Assembly (NCBI GenBank): GCA_965248695.1
Contig: CBDFKD010000002.1
Coordinates: 256,001-320,000, forward strand
Direction: 5' to 3'
DNA from: Acidobacteriota bacterium
Lineage (GTDB): Bacteria; Acidobacteriota; UBA890; WLXD01
DNA length: 64,000 nt
Translations under genes and position numbers: made by a program
Notes under the pieces: generated by a model
What the model was told of the DNA's origin: nothing
The model's input: only the letters and a program-made list of their open reading frames with translations
Database searches by the model: none
Shown: piece by piece, positions 30,918-41,907 of the stretch
Layout of the letters: every line of letters begins with the position of its first letter
Numbering within the stretch: the first letter of the stretch is position 1

Positions 30918-31076
30918 GGTCGTTTTCCGCCACTGGGGGCGGCGCCAGCGCCCCTTCCGAGGGAGCCTCACCGCCGACATTCTCACATCACGCTCGCGCA
31001 CAGGTATAGTCTCGTCAGAATCGGTTCGTTGTCACACCTTGAAACACGTTGGGTTCAACGCGCGGGCGGTGAACGT

Positions 31077-34000
31077 ATGGGCCTGGACGTAACACGGCGG
31101 CAGCTATTCAAGGCGGGCGCGGCGGCAGTCGCGACCACCGCCTTCGGCTTCGATCTGCGCCCGGCGCACGCCGCTGTCCGCCAGCTAAAGATCGCGCGCA
31201 CGACCCAGACCCACAGCGTATGTCCGTATTGTGCCGTCGGCTGCAGCGTCGTCATTCACACGCTCGGCGATGGGGCCGACAACGTCAAGCCGTCGGTGGT
31301 CCACGTCGAGGGTGATCCCGACAGCCCGATCAACCGCGGCACGCTCTGCCCCAAGGGGATCAGCCTGAAGGACTACGTCAACAACGATCGCCGGCTGGAG
31401 CGGCCGCTATACCGAGCCCCGGGGGCAACGGCGTTCGAGGACATCTCTTGGGAAGAGGCTCTCGACCGCATGGCCCGTCGCATCAAGGACACTCGCGACG
31501 CCGGGTTCGAGGAGCGCGACAGCCAGGGGCGTACGGTCAACCGCCTCACCAACCTGGCGCTCATCGGCGGCTGCACCGACACCAACGAGGTGAACTACCT
31601 GCTCGGCAAGCTGCGCTTCGGCCTCGGAATCCTGCCGTACGAGAACCAGGCACGTTTGTGACACGGCCCCACGGTGGCCAGTCTGGCCGCCACGTTCGGT
31701 CGCGGGGCAATGACCAACGGCTGGACGGACGTCGCCAACGCCGATGTGGTGCTCGTCATGGGGGGCAATCCGGCGGAGAACCATCCGGTGGGCTTCCGCT
31801 TCGTCATGCAGGCGAAGAAGGAGCGCAATGCCAAGCTGGTGTGTATCGATCCGCGCTTCAACCGCACGGCGGCGGTATCGGATGAGTACGTCGCCATCCG
31901 CGCCGGTAGCGACATCGCTTTTCTCGGCGGCCTGATCAACTACGCGCTGAGCAACGACCGCTACCATCGAGAGTACGTGGCCCAGCACACCAACGCCGCC
32001 TTCGTGATCGCTGACGGCTTCGGGTTCGAGGACGGTCACTTTTCCGGCTGGGACGAGGAAACCAGATCCTACGATAAGTCGACCTGGAGCTACGAGCTCG
32101 ACGGTCGTGGCCACGCGCGGGTCGACCCGACGCTGCAGCACCCGCGCTGCGTCTTCCAGCTCATGGCGCATCACTACGAGCGCTACACGACCGACGTGGT
32201 GGCGTCGATCAGCGGCTGCAGCGCTGAGGCGTTCGAGCGCGCCGCCGAAGTGATCACCTCATCCGGTCGTGCCGGGCGCTCCGGTACGGTGCTCTATGCC
32301 CTCGGGTGGACCCAGCACAGTCACTCCGTCCAGCTAATCCACTGCGCCGCGATGCTGCAGCTGTTGCTGGGCAACGTCGGCATTCCAGGCGGCGGCGTAA
32401 ACGCGCAGCGCGGCCACTCCAATATCCAGGGCGCCACCGACATGGGCGCCTGGAACATGCTACCCGGCTACCTGAAGGTCCCCCAGGCATCGCAGACATC
32501 ACTGGCCGAGTACAACGCCGCCAACTCGCCGCGCGCGCTGCGACCGAACTCGATGAACTACTGGGGTAGCACGCCGCGCTTCATGACCAGCCTGCTGAAG
32601 GCGTACTACGGCGCCAACGCCCAGGCATCGAACGATTTCGGCTACGACTGGCTGCCGAAGATCGACGAGAGCGCCAACCACAGCTGGGGCCAGATCTTCG
32701 ACCGCATGAACGAGGACGAGATGGAGGGCTTGATCTCGTTCGGCATGAACCCGGTGGCCAACGGGCCCAACACTCCGAAGATGATCGCCGCGCTCGGCAA
32801 GCTGAAGTGGATGATCGTGGTCGAGAATTTCGAGACCGAGACAGCAGCGTTCTGGAAGGCGCAGGATCTGGCCGGTGAGTACTACCCGGCCGCAAAGAGC
32901 CCCGAGGACATCGACACCGAGGTCTTCCTGCTGCCGGCCGGCTGTTTTGCCGAGAAGGATGGAACGTTCGTCAACTCGTCGCGCTGGTTGCAGTGGAAGG
33001 ACGCCGCCCTACCCCCGCCCGGCGACGCCAAGAACGACCAGGAGATCATCGCCAGATTGTTCCTGAAGCTCCGCGAGCTGTATCAGCAGGAGGGCGGTAC
33101 CGCCCCGGAGCCACTGCTCAACATCGCCTGGAACTACGGCAACGCCGTATCGCCGTCGCTGACCGAGGTGGCCAAGGAGGTCAGCGGACGATCGATCGGC
33201 GATGCGCGACAGGTAGATGGCTTCGGTGAGCTGCGCGCCGACGGGTCGACGCTCTGTGGCAACTGGCTCTACTCCGGCTCGTTCACCGAGGCCGGCAACA
33301 TGATGGACCGTCGGGGGCAGGAAGACCCGACCGGGTTGGGCTTGTTCGCCGACTACGCCTGGAGTTGGCCGGCCAACCGCCGGGTGCTCTACAACCGTGC
33401 CTCGGCCGATGCCGACGGTCGGCCGTGGGACGCCACCCGTGCGCCCATCCGCTGGGACGACGGCCGTTATCTGGGAGATGTCGCCGACTACGGGGCCAGC
33501 GCGCCGCCCGAGCAGTACGGTTCGTTCATCATGCTCGCCGAGGGTGTGGCGAAGCTGTTCGCGCCCGACTTCGTGGAGGGGCCGTTCCCGGAACACTACG
33601 AGCCGGTCGAGTCGCCGGTCGACAACCTCCTGCATCCGACGGTGAACAGCAATCCGATGGCGACGATCATGTCCGGCGAACTCGATCCTCTGGGCAGTGC
33701 CGAAGACTACCCCTACGTGGCGGTGACCTTCCGGTTGACGGAGCACTTCCACTACTGGACCAAGCACGTGTCCGCCACATCGCAGCTGCAGACGGAGTTT
33801 TTCGTCGAGGTCCCCGAGGAGCTGGCGCGTCAGAAGGACATCGCCAACGGCGATCTGGTCGCTGTAACCGCCGCGCGAGGCCGGGTGGAAGGGCCCGCAA
33901 TGGTGACCAAGCGGCTGCGCGCGCTTCAGGTGAACGATCGACCGGTGTATCAGCTCGGCATACCCATCCACTGGGGCTTCGTAGGCCGAGTGCGTGGACC

Positions 34001-34091
34001 GCTGGTCAACAACCTGACCCCCTCGGTGCTCGACCCCAATTCCGGCACACCCGAATACAAAGGGTTCCTGGTGAACCTGGAGAAGCTCTGA
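31077..34091 (+). CDS. fdnG: Formate dehydrogenase alpha subunit, selenocysteine-containing (UGA at 31659-31661), Tat signal
   Basis: TRRQLFK Tat motif, CPYCAVGC...LCPKG, NQARL-UGA-HGPTVASLAATFGRGAMTN in frame, C-terminal TPEYKGFLVN. Confidence 0.95.
31662..31695 (+). promoter_or_regulatory. Bacterial SECIS hairpin
   Basis: GGTGGCCA-GTC-TGGCCGCC stem-loop starting about 11 nt 3' of the in-frame UGA, the geometry known for fdnG/fdoG SECIS. Confidence 0.8.
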
Positions 34092-34095
34092 GCTC

Positions 34096-34893
34096 ATGAC
34101 CGAGATCGTCGCCAAGCTGATCGACACCTCGACCTGCATCGGCTGCAAAGCCTGCGAGGCCGCCTGTCAGCAGTGGAACGACCAGGGCACCACGTACGGC
34201 ACCTTCGACGGCACGTATCAGACGATGCCGGAAGTCCGCCACGACTTCTGGAACCTGATCAAGTTCAAGGAAATCGAGCACGAGGACAACACTCTCGACT
34301 GGATCTTCTCCAAGTACCAGTGCATGCACTGCGTCGAGCCCGGGTGCATGGATGTGTGCCCGGTTCCGGGAGCGATCTTCCGGCACGACAACGGCATCGT
34401 CGATTTCGACCACAACCTGTGCATCGGCTGCGGCTACTGCATCGCCGGCTGCCCGTTTGACATCCCGCGGTTGTCGCCGGTGACCCAGAAGGTCTACAAG
34501 TGCAACTTGTGCTCCGACCGCACCTCGGTCGGGCTCGAGCCGGCTTGCGTGAAAGCCTGCCCGACGAGCTGTCTGACCTTCGGCACCCGCGACGATCTGC
34601 TGCAGGTCGCGGAGAGCCGCGCCGAGGATCTTCGTGGTGCCGGTCATGACAACGCCGGCGTATACAACCCCATGGGCGTCGGCGGGACCAACGTGCTGTA
34701 CGTCCTCAAGGATGCCGAGCGACCGCAGAGCTACGGTCTGCCGGCCGACCCGGCGGTGCACTGGACCGTAAAGCTCTGGAAGGGGCCAGTGAAGTGGTTC
34801 GGCAACCTGGTCTTCTTCGGCGGACTCCTCGGGGTGCTGTTGCACTACGTTCGCGTCGGGCCCCTGGGTGAAGAGCACGGGGGTGAGGCGTGA
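34096..34893 (+). CDS. fdnH: Formate dehydrogenase iron-sulfur beta subunit
   Basis: CIGCKAC, CMHC..PGC, CIGCGYC...CPF, KCNLC, C-terminal TM helix. Confidence 0.95.
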   Translation: MTEIVAKLIDTSTCIGCKACEAACQQWNDQGTTYGTFDGTYQTMPEVRHDFWNLIKFKEIEHEDNTLDWIFSKYQCMHCVEPGCMDVCPVPGAIFRHDNGIVDFDHNLCIGCGYCIAGCPFDIPRLSPVTQKVYKCNLCSDRTSVGLEPACVKACPTSCLTFGTRDDLLQVAESRAEDLRGAGHDNAGVYNPMGVGGTNVLYVLKDAERPQSYGLPADPAVHWTVKLWKGPVKWFGNLVFFGGLLGVLLHYVRVGPLGEEHGGEA

Positions 34894-35516
34894 GCGCACC
34901 GCTCGACGAAGGGCGTATCGAACGGTTCTCGGCCCGCGAGCGCACGATCCACTGGCTGGTGGCACTCAGCTTCGTGTACGTCGCGCTGACCGGATTGTCG
35001 CTGTGGAGTCACAAGTTGTTGTGGCTGTCGACGCTGTTCGGCGGTGGCGAGACCATCCGCTGGGGACACCCCTGGGGCGGCGTGGTGTTCGCCGCCATCC
35101 TCGGGGCGTTGTTCGTCAAGTGGGCACGCCAGATGCGGGTCGACTCCGACGATCGTCGTTGGCTCCGTCAGTCGCATCGGTACGCGGTCAACGACGCTAC
35201 CGGGTTGCCGGAAGCCGGGCGCTTCAACGCCGGGCAGAAGATGTTGTTCTGGGCTCAGGCGGTGGCCACTGTGGCGCTGCTCGCCAGCGGCCTGGTGATG
35301 TGGTTCCCCGGCACCGCGCCACGTGACCTCACGTTCGCCGCCCTGCTCATCCATCCACTCGCGGCAGTGATCTCCATCGGCGGCATCATCGTCCACATCT
35401 ACATGGCGGTGGCGGCGATCCCGGGGTCGCTCCGGGCGATGACACGCGGCTGGGTGAGCCCCGCATGGGCCGCGTCGCACCACGCCAAGTGGTACGCCAA
35501 GATCTCCGGCCGCTGA
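34890..35516 (+). CDS. fdnI: Formate dehydrogenase cytochrome b556 gamma subunit
   Basis: ER.IHW, HPW.G, GRFNAGQK, VHIYMA, WA.SHH.KWY. Confidence 0.95.
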   Translation: MSAPLDEGRIERFSARERTIHWLVALSFVYVALTGLSLWSHKLLWLSTLFGGGETIRWGHPWGGVVFAAILGALFVKWARQMRVDSDDRRWLRQSHRYAVNDATGLPEAGRFNAGQKMLFWAQAVATVALLASGLVMWFPGTAPRDLTFAALLIHPLAAVISIGGIIVHIYMAVAAIPGSLRAMTRGWVSPAWAASHHAKWYAKISGR

Positions 35517-35541
35517 GCGTCCTGCGCCGTACGGAGCGCCG

Positions 35542-36339
35542 TTGCCGCCGGATGAAGTTCCGCTGACCGCGCCGCTGCCGGCTCAGCCGGATTTCGGCTC
35601 GCTCTGCGCGCGCCGTGAAGCCCGCGCGCGGGAGCTTGCCGAACGTCACCCGGCAACGCGCCAGGCGCTGGAGTTCTACGCCGAGATCGCTACGTTCCAG
35701 GCGCGCGTCTCGACCGAGTCGCCGCTGGACTCGCGCGCCGACCTCGTAGACCTCGTCCTCCGGATCGCGCCCGATCCACTCGCGGCAGCCGCGCGAGATC
35801 TCGATCCCGCCGCCGGCGAGCTTGCGCTCAGAGCCTATCGGGGCGGCGTCGACACGGAATCGCCACAGAGCTTCTTCGCCCGCGTCCTGCTGGGGCCGGC
35901 AGCGGCTGCCGGCACGCTCGACCTGGCGGAGATCGCCGATTCGCCGCGCGACCGGAACGGCAGTGCTTCTGGCGGCTCTAGTGACACCTGTCCACGGTGC
36001 GGCCACGCGCCGCAGGCCTGCTGTTCGCGAACCAGTGGCGATGGCACGGCCCTGAGCCTCTCGTGCTCCCTCTGTCTGGCGGAATGGGACTTTCCTCGCG
36101 CACGGTGCGCTGCCTGCGGCGGTGACGATGACTCCCAGCTAGCATGGTACGGAACCGACGATCTGCCGCAACTTCAAGTCCGCGCTTGCGAGAGCTGCAA
36201 TCGGTACCTGCATACCGTCAGCATGGTCGCCGACCCGCGTGCGATACCCGACGTCGACGAGATCGCCGCGTTGCCGCTGGATGTTTGGGCCAGCGAGCGC
36301 GGCTACCGCAAGCAGCGGCCGAACCTCGTGGGCCTCTGA
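35542..36339 (+). CDS. fdhE: Formate dehydrogenase maturation protein FdhE
   Basis: CPRCG, CSLC, CAACG, CESC..YL, DEIAALPLD; operon position. Confidence 0.9.
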   Translation: MPPDEVPLTAPLPAQPDFGSLCARREARARELAERHPATRQALEFYAEIATFQARVSTESPLDSRADLVDLVLRIAPDPLAAAARDLDPAAGELALRAYRGGVDTESPQSFFARVLLGPAAAAGTLDLAEIADSPRDRNGSASGGSSDTCPRCGHAPQACCSRTSGDGTALSLSCSLCLAEWDFPRARCAACGGDDDSQLAWYGTDDLPQLQVRACESCNRYLHTVSMVADPRAIPDVDEIAALPLDVWASERGYRKQRPNLVGL

Positions 36340-36357
36340 GGATCGCGATTCGGCTCC

Positions 36358-36547
36358 TCAGAAGCCGAATTCGCGCTGCACCGGCGAGTCGGCGCGCTCC
36401 AAGCCGGCCGAAGTGAGCACGAAGCGATCGAAGTACTGCCGCGCGATCATCGCCTCGGCATCTGCTGCCCGTAGCGTCGCCAGGTAGAAGTCCTGCGGCG
36501 TGAGCGGGGCCGCCAGACCCGCGTCGACGATCGGACGGCCACCGTCC
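36358..36547 (-). pseudogene. 3' fragment of an unidentified gene truncated by IS3
   Basis: Open frame DGGRPIVDAGL...PVQREFGF* running up to the IS3 end with host-like codon usage. Confidence 0.5.
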
Positions 36548-37807
36548 TGACCTGACCCCCGAAAACGGATCCGGATGTAATCTCACGATCTGGGTCAAGA
36601 ACGGGAGGTCAGAATGCCGAGTAAGAGGCACAGCGCCGAGCAGATCGTACGCAAGCTCCGGGAGGCTGAGGTGGAGCTGGCTCGAGGGGCGACGGTCAAG
36701 GATGCCTGCCGCAAGCTAGCAATCACCGAGCACACCTACTACCGGTGGCGGCGAGAGTACGGCGGACTGAAGCTCAACCAGGCCAGAAAGCTCAAGCAAC
36801 TGGAGAAGGAGAATGCCCGGCTCAAGAGGCTGGTGGCGGAAAAGGAACTCGACCTGTCGATCCTGAAGGAAGTGGCGGAGGGAAACTTCTGAGCCCAGCT
36901 CGGCGGCGAGAGGCGGTGGCACATGTACGGGGGCGGCTGGGCGTCTCGGAGAGGCGGGCGTGTCGGGTACTGAAACAACCACGCACGACACACCGGTACG
37001 TGCCAAGAGAGCCGCAACAGGAGCAGATTTTGACGGAGCGGATCGTGGATTTAGCCCGACAGTACGGGCGCTACGGATATCGGAGGGTGACAGCGTTGCT
37101 GCGCATGGAGGGCTGGTCCGTGAACCACAAACGAGTGCAGCGTATCTGGCGGCGCGAAGGGCTGAAAGTACCGAGAAAACAGCCCAAACGAGCACGGCTG
37201 TGGCTGAGCGATGGCTCCTGCATCCGGCTGCGCCCACAGCACCGGGATCATGTCTGGGCGTATGACTTCCTGCACCACCGGACGCACGACGGTCGGGCTA
37301 TGAGGCTGCTGACGATCGTCGATGAGTACACACGAGAAAGCCTGGCGATCCATGTAGCACGGAAGCTCAACTCTGAGGACGTGCTGGAGCAGCTCGGGAG
37401 GTTGTTCGTACACCGGGGCATACCTGAGCACATCCGGTCGGATAACGGACCAGAGTTCACCGCCGAGGCGGTTCGCGACTGGCTGGGCCGGTTGGGCGTG
37501 GGGACGCTGTTCATCGAGCCGGGCTCGCCGTGGGAGAACGGTTACGTGGAGAGCTTCAACGGCAAGCTACGCGACGAGCTGCTGGATGGAGAGATCTTCT
37601 ACACGCTCAAGGAGGCAAAGGTTCTGATCGAGAGATGGCGTCAGCACTACAACCGCATGCGACCGCACAGCTCGCTGAGCTATCGGCCGCCCGCACCCGA
37701 AGCGACGTTGTTGAAGCCGGCTGCGCTCCGCTTCGCCGGCCTCAACAACCTCTTGTCAGCACCGAGTTACTGAGATAAGACATGGTACTAACCGCGGGGT
37801 CAGGTCA
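36548..37807 (+). mobile_element. IS3-family element (IS407-like)
   Basis: TIRs TGACCTGACCCC / GGGGTCAGGTCA, orfA plus orfB, no flanking target duplication. Confidence 0.9.
36614..37773 (+). CDS. IS3 transposase OrfA (36614..36892) / OrfB joined by -1 programmed frameshift
   Basis: OrfA HTH (EQIVRKLREAE, TYYRWRREYGG); slippery G-GGA-AAC at 36880-36886; OrfB WAYDF, RSDNGPEF, PWENGYVESFNG. Confidence 0.9.
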
Positions 37808-38007
37808 CTGCGTGCGCCCTCCGCCCGGACTCTTGCACTCGGATGATTGCCCACCGCGGTGTGGTCTGAAATCAGGATGTAGCTGCTCGACGCCTCATCG
37901 GGCTTGTAGATCGTAGTGCCGGTCGGAAAGACAGTCTGGGCGACAGCCTGGTGCGCCAGTGCAGCTACCGTCAGCACACCGGCCGAGATTGAAAGGGCGT
38001 GTTTCAT
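37808..38007 (-). pseudogene. 5' fragment of a secreted protein, arylsulfotransferase-like N-terminus, truncated by IS3
   Basis: RBS, signal peptide MKHALS...AVAQ, then TVFPTGTTIYKPD, cut at the IS3 end. Confidence 0.55.
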
Positions 38008-38109
38008 GACGGTCATCGTTCTCTCCCTGGATGAAGGACTGCTGAACGTCCTCTTGGCCCCGGCACACAGTTTTCTCGGCGGCCATAGAGCGTACCGTCA
38101 GGCACGGCA

Positions 38110-39513
38110 GAGTTATTTGCAAATGTTGTGGATCGGTGGATTTGTTCAGGCGGCGTCTTCGCTAGCGATCAGGTGAACTCCATCGACGAATGTGGCGCCC
38201 TCGAGTACGAGGGCAGTGAGGTGAGGAGCGTTGATGCGGCGCCATCGTTGCTGTGCCATCTCCAGGAGCTTGAATGCCATCGTCAGCGCCTTGGTGCGTG
38301 AGCCGGCGCCCTTGGTGACGCGTTGTCTCAGGCGTACGGTGGCGAACGCCGACTCGATCGGGTTGGCCGTGCGCAGATGAACCCAGTGGTCGGCGGGGAA
38401 GTCGTAGAACGTCAGCAGCTTGTCGGAGTCGCGTTGCAACGACGCCACGGCCTTGGAGTACTTGGCGCCGTAGTCGGCTGCGAACCGCGCCATGCCCTCC
38501 TGAGCATCCTCGCGCGTTGGCGCACCGATGATCTCGTGCAGCGCGCGCTTGGCTTTGGCCTGCAGCCGCCTCGGTAGCTTGTCGAGCACGTTGCCAAGCC
38601 GATGCACCCAGCATCGTTGCTCTCGAGTCTGGGGCCATACATCCCGCACCGCCGCCCAGAACCCCAGCGCCCCATCACCCACTGCCACGAGCGGCGCCCG
38701 CATGCCTCGACGCTTCAGCTCCCGGAGCACGAACGCCCAGCTCTCGGTGCTCTCTCGATACCCGTCCTCGACCGCGATGAGCTCCTTGGTTCCGTCCGGC
38801 AAAACGCCCAGGATCACCAGCGTGCACAGCCGATCATCCTCGAGTCGAATGTTGAAGTGCACACCGTCCGCCCACACGTATACGTACTGCTTGGTGGACA
38901 GATCCAGCTTCCGGAATGCCTCGTACTCCGTGCTCCAGGCGTTCGTCAGCCGGCAGATCGCCGATGCCGACAGCCCGCTGGCTTCCTGTCCCAGTAAGAT
39001 CGGCAGCGCCTCCTTGAAGTCGCCCGTCGACAGGCCCCGCAGGTACAGCACCGGCAGCACCTCCGCCACCTTCGGCGAGCGCCGCATGTAGGGCGGCAGG
39101 ATCCGACTGCTGAACCGCTGCCTCAGTCCCTGCTCGTCGAGCCGCTTGTCGTTGACCCGTGGCGCGGCTACTTGCACCGTCCCGCACCCCAACGTGATCT
39201 TGCGTGCGCGAGCCCGACCGTTGCGTACCACTTGCCGACGGCCGGCTTCATCCAGTTGCCCGGCGTGGCTCTGGATATACTCCTGAACCTCCCACTCCAG
39301 TGCTGTTGCCAGCATCTGCAGCGCGCCCTGCCGGGCGAGCTCATCGACGTCCAGTGTCAGCTGTCCTTCCTCCGCGTCCGATCCACCGATAATCTTGAGC
39401 ACGAGTGGCGTCTCCTTCCCGGCCTCCACAGCCGGCTGCTGGTTGTTGATGATCCCAGCGAAGGTTACGCCGCCTTTCTTTTTCCTCCCATCCACAACTT
39501 CCGGTTATATCTC
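38110..39513 (-). mobile_element. IS256-family element, copy B (appears identical to copy A; transposase 38146..39495)
   Basis: Same TIRs, length and protein as 20811..22214; flanks GGCACGGCA / CGCAAGCAC are not duplicated. Confidence 0.95.
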
Positions 39514-40935
39514 CGCAAGCACCTGGTGCTGCTATCGACGGGTTTCACTGATCTCATGCTAGAAGGCATGGACCTTGATAGTCAGGCGGCATTTTCGGAG
39601 GTCAGGTTGAGGGGCGGCGTGCCCCCAAGCTACATGGATCCCGCATACGAGAGCGGATCGCCCGAGGTACGCGCTGCGATCGGAACGGCGGTGCAGAAGC
39701 TGTTGGAAGCCGACGGTGTGATCCATGCGCTGGATCCGCGTGGGCTGCTTGCCCCGGGTGGCGACGCGAGTGAAATGGCCCCTGCCAATAGTCGTGGGCC
39801 CCGGGCTGGGGGCGATGGTCGGGAGGCACTCTACTATCTGGCCTCCGAAACCGGAGGCCAGGCCCATTGGAACCTCAACGACTTGACACCTGCGTTCGCC
39901 CAGGTGGAAGAGGCCACGGCCCACTACTACGTGGTGGCGTATCGCAAACAGCCCACCGATCCGAACACCGTCAGCATCCATGTCCAGGTGCAGCACCCGG
40001 ACATGGAGGTGGTCTCAGCGCCTCGACGGCTCACCACGCCACGGGACTACCAGGACATGAGCGAGGCGCAACAACAGCTGCTTCTGGCCGAAGCCATGAC
40101 GCACGACACCGACGTGGTGGCCATGGCCTTGGACGCCAAGACGGTGAGCTTTCCGGCGCCCTTGGACTCCACACCTTCCGTCGCCGTGTTGCTTCAAGTT
40201 GCGGGAAGAGATCTGGAGCGGGTAGCGGCACAACGGGGCGATGACAAAGTGGAGCTTGAGATCGCTTGTTTGGCCCTCGGTCCGGATCACACGGTATTGG
40301 ATTACGCTCGACGCCGAGTCGGTATTGATGTGGCCCGGATGCGGGCCGCGGGACCGATGCAAGCCCAGTCGTTTCGCCACACGGAGTTTGTCGATGTGCC
40401 CGTGGGCGAGGGTCGGGTGCGGATCTTGGTGCGGGACTCCGAGGTGGGCGACCTCACTGCCACCACGCGGCAATACGACGCGGTGACACTGCCACAGGGC
40501 CTGTTCCTGGCGCAGCCGATCGTGGTGGATGCCTACCGGCTACCGCCGATACGCGGCGACTCCGAGGGGTTCGATCCGCTGCTGCTGAAGGGACAACGCC
40601 TCGTGCCGTCGCCGGTGCCGAGTGTTGTTCCGGGTGGAGGGATCGAGGTTCTGGTTGTCCTTTACAACGTCTCATCGGACTCCACGCCCGCGCAGCTGGT
40701 GGCGGCCACGACGGTGCAGTTACAGGATGCTGCGGGGAGCGTGCACGTGCTGCCGAACCTTCAACTAAAAGCCTCCCAGGTCATTGAAGATGCCAACGCC
40801 GTGCAGTTGCTGTTGGGCGCCTCGGTACCGTCGTACACGACCCTAGGCCAGGCTCAGCTTACGGTTCGGGTTGCTGACCATCTTGGGGGGCGAGCGGTAC
40901 AGGAGGCTACGCAGCTCGTTGTCACTGCGCGCTGA
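39514..40935 (+). pseudogene. 5'-truncated acidobacterial VWA-related domain protein
   Basis: Begins at the IS edge with RKHLVLLSTGF, then LASETGG, YYVVAY; no start codon of its own. Confidence 0.65.
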
Positions 40936-41032
40936 GGCACCGAGCGCATGGCTAAGCTCGAAGGCTCCGTCACTGGCTTCATGCGCGCCAACCAGCCCAC
41001 GTAGGGACGCATCCGGCAGCAGTAGCACCATC

Positions 41033-41117
41033 TCACCGCCTCGGCACCGGGTTGGTCAGGCGCAGCTCCGAAGCCCCATGGTCACGCCCGTTGATGCAGG
41101 GTGACCACCTACCAGGT
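41033..41117. repeat. ~67-bp island direct repeat, copy 1 (plus shared extension)
   Basis: TCACCGCCTCGGCACCGGGTTGGTCAGG...CCATGG...GATGCAG; homologous to 41652 and 46506. Confidence 0.85.
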
Positions 41118-41321
41118 GATCGCAATGCGAAACGCGAAAAGGAGTGGACTATAATTACGAAAACCCGGCCATGTGCGTGACCGGGCTTTCAGAAGAATCA
41201 GATTTGTGTACCAGCGATTCGCGGGGGCTAGTCGCTGTCGGGCGTGGGCCGCCCGAAGTGTGTCTACGGTACCGCTTCGGCCCACTCCCGCGCAAGCACT
41301 CGCCCCAGGAAGCAGTGCGCC

Positions 41322-41576
41322 TGAAGAGATAACAGCTGAGGGGTCGCCATCTTGTTCCTCACGCCCGACGACAACCAAATACCCGGTCGGGGAAGGAGGT
41401 GAGAGCTATGGCTAAATGTCCACCGAAAAAGCGCGTAAAGCGCATCGTTCGACCAGGCAAAAAGCCAGGACCAAAGCCGGTGCGTGTCAAGCCGCACCGG
41501 CGGTCCCCACCGTGCAAGTAGACGGCTAGGTTGACCTGCTGAAGCCCCTGGCGGCCCCTCAGCTGTTATCTCTTCA
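41322..41576. repeat. 28-bp inverted repeat (41322-41349 / 41549-41576) enclosing a small ORF
   Basis: TGAAGAGATAACAGCTGAGGGGTCGCCA versus TGGCGGCCCCTCAGCTGTTATCTCTTCA, 27/28 complementary. Confidence 0.9.
41408..41521 (+). CDS. 37-aa Lys/Arg/Pro-rich small protein, not in the ORF track
   Basis: AAGGAGGTGA RBS shortly upstream of the ATG; MAKCPPKKRVKRIVRPGKKPGPKPVRVKPHRRSPPCK*. Confidence 0.6.
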   Translation: MAKCPPKKRVKRIVRPGKKPGPKPVRVKPHRRSPPCK

Positions 41577-41651
41577 AAGTTCCAATGATAACAAAATTAC
41601 CTGATTGTGGAGACCTCCCGTCAACCCATGCGTTTCCTGGTAATCGAGTAG

Positions 41652-41732
41652 TCACCGCCTCGGCACCGGGTTCGTCAGGTACAGCTCCGAGGCCCATGGC
41701 CACGCCCGACGATGTAGAGGCCCCTACCAGGT
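41652..41732. repeat. ~67-bp island direct repeat, copy 2 (plus shared extension)
   Basis: TCACCGCCTCGGCACCGGGTTCGTCAGG...GATGTAG. Confidence 0.85.
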
Positions 41733-41907
41733 AACGGCGATCCCTACCGCCACACCCGGCTCCCAGCCGCCCCCGGGGCTCCGCACACCACCCCCGAGCG
41801 TCGCTTTCCATGTCGTCGAAATCGAACCTTCAGCCTTGTCGGCGTAATCTTGTTCGTTGCTCATGCTTCGGCCCTGTGCATTCCGAGGGGCGGCGGGCGT
41901 GGCTTCC

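Noticed and set aside
29913-31076. 582-aa ORF 29913..31661 as a single protein
   Set aside because: The first ~388 codons are the antisense shadow of the serine hydrolase; the real gene starts at 31077 with a Tat signal
20811-39513. Composite transposon formed by the two identical IS256 copies carrying the fdn operon
   Set aside because: Copy A has its own 9-bp TSD on both sides and the outer flanks do not match, so the insertions are independent
39172-39513. N-terminus of the 587-aa ORF as a real fusion
   Set aside because: It is antisense IS256 sequence that happens to be open in frame with the VWA fragment
41652-41717. ATP sulfurylase-like IVGRDH motif in the repeat's minus frame
   Set aside because: Too short, followed by a stop within 16 codons, and no other similarity
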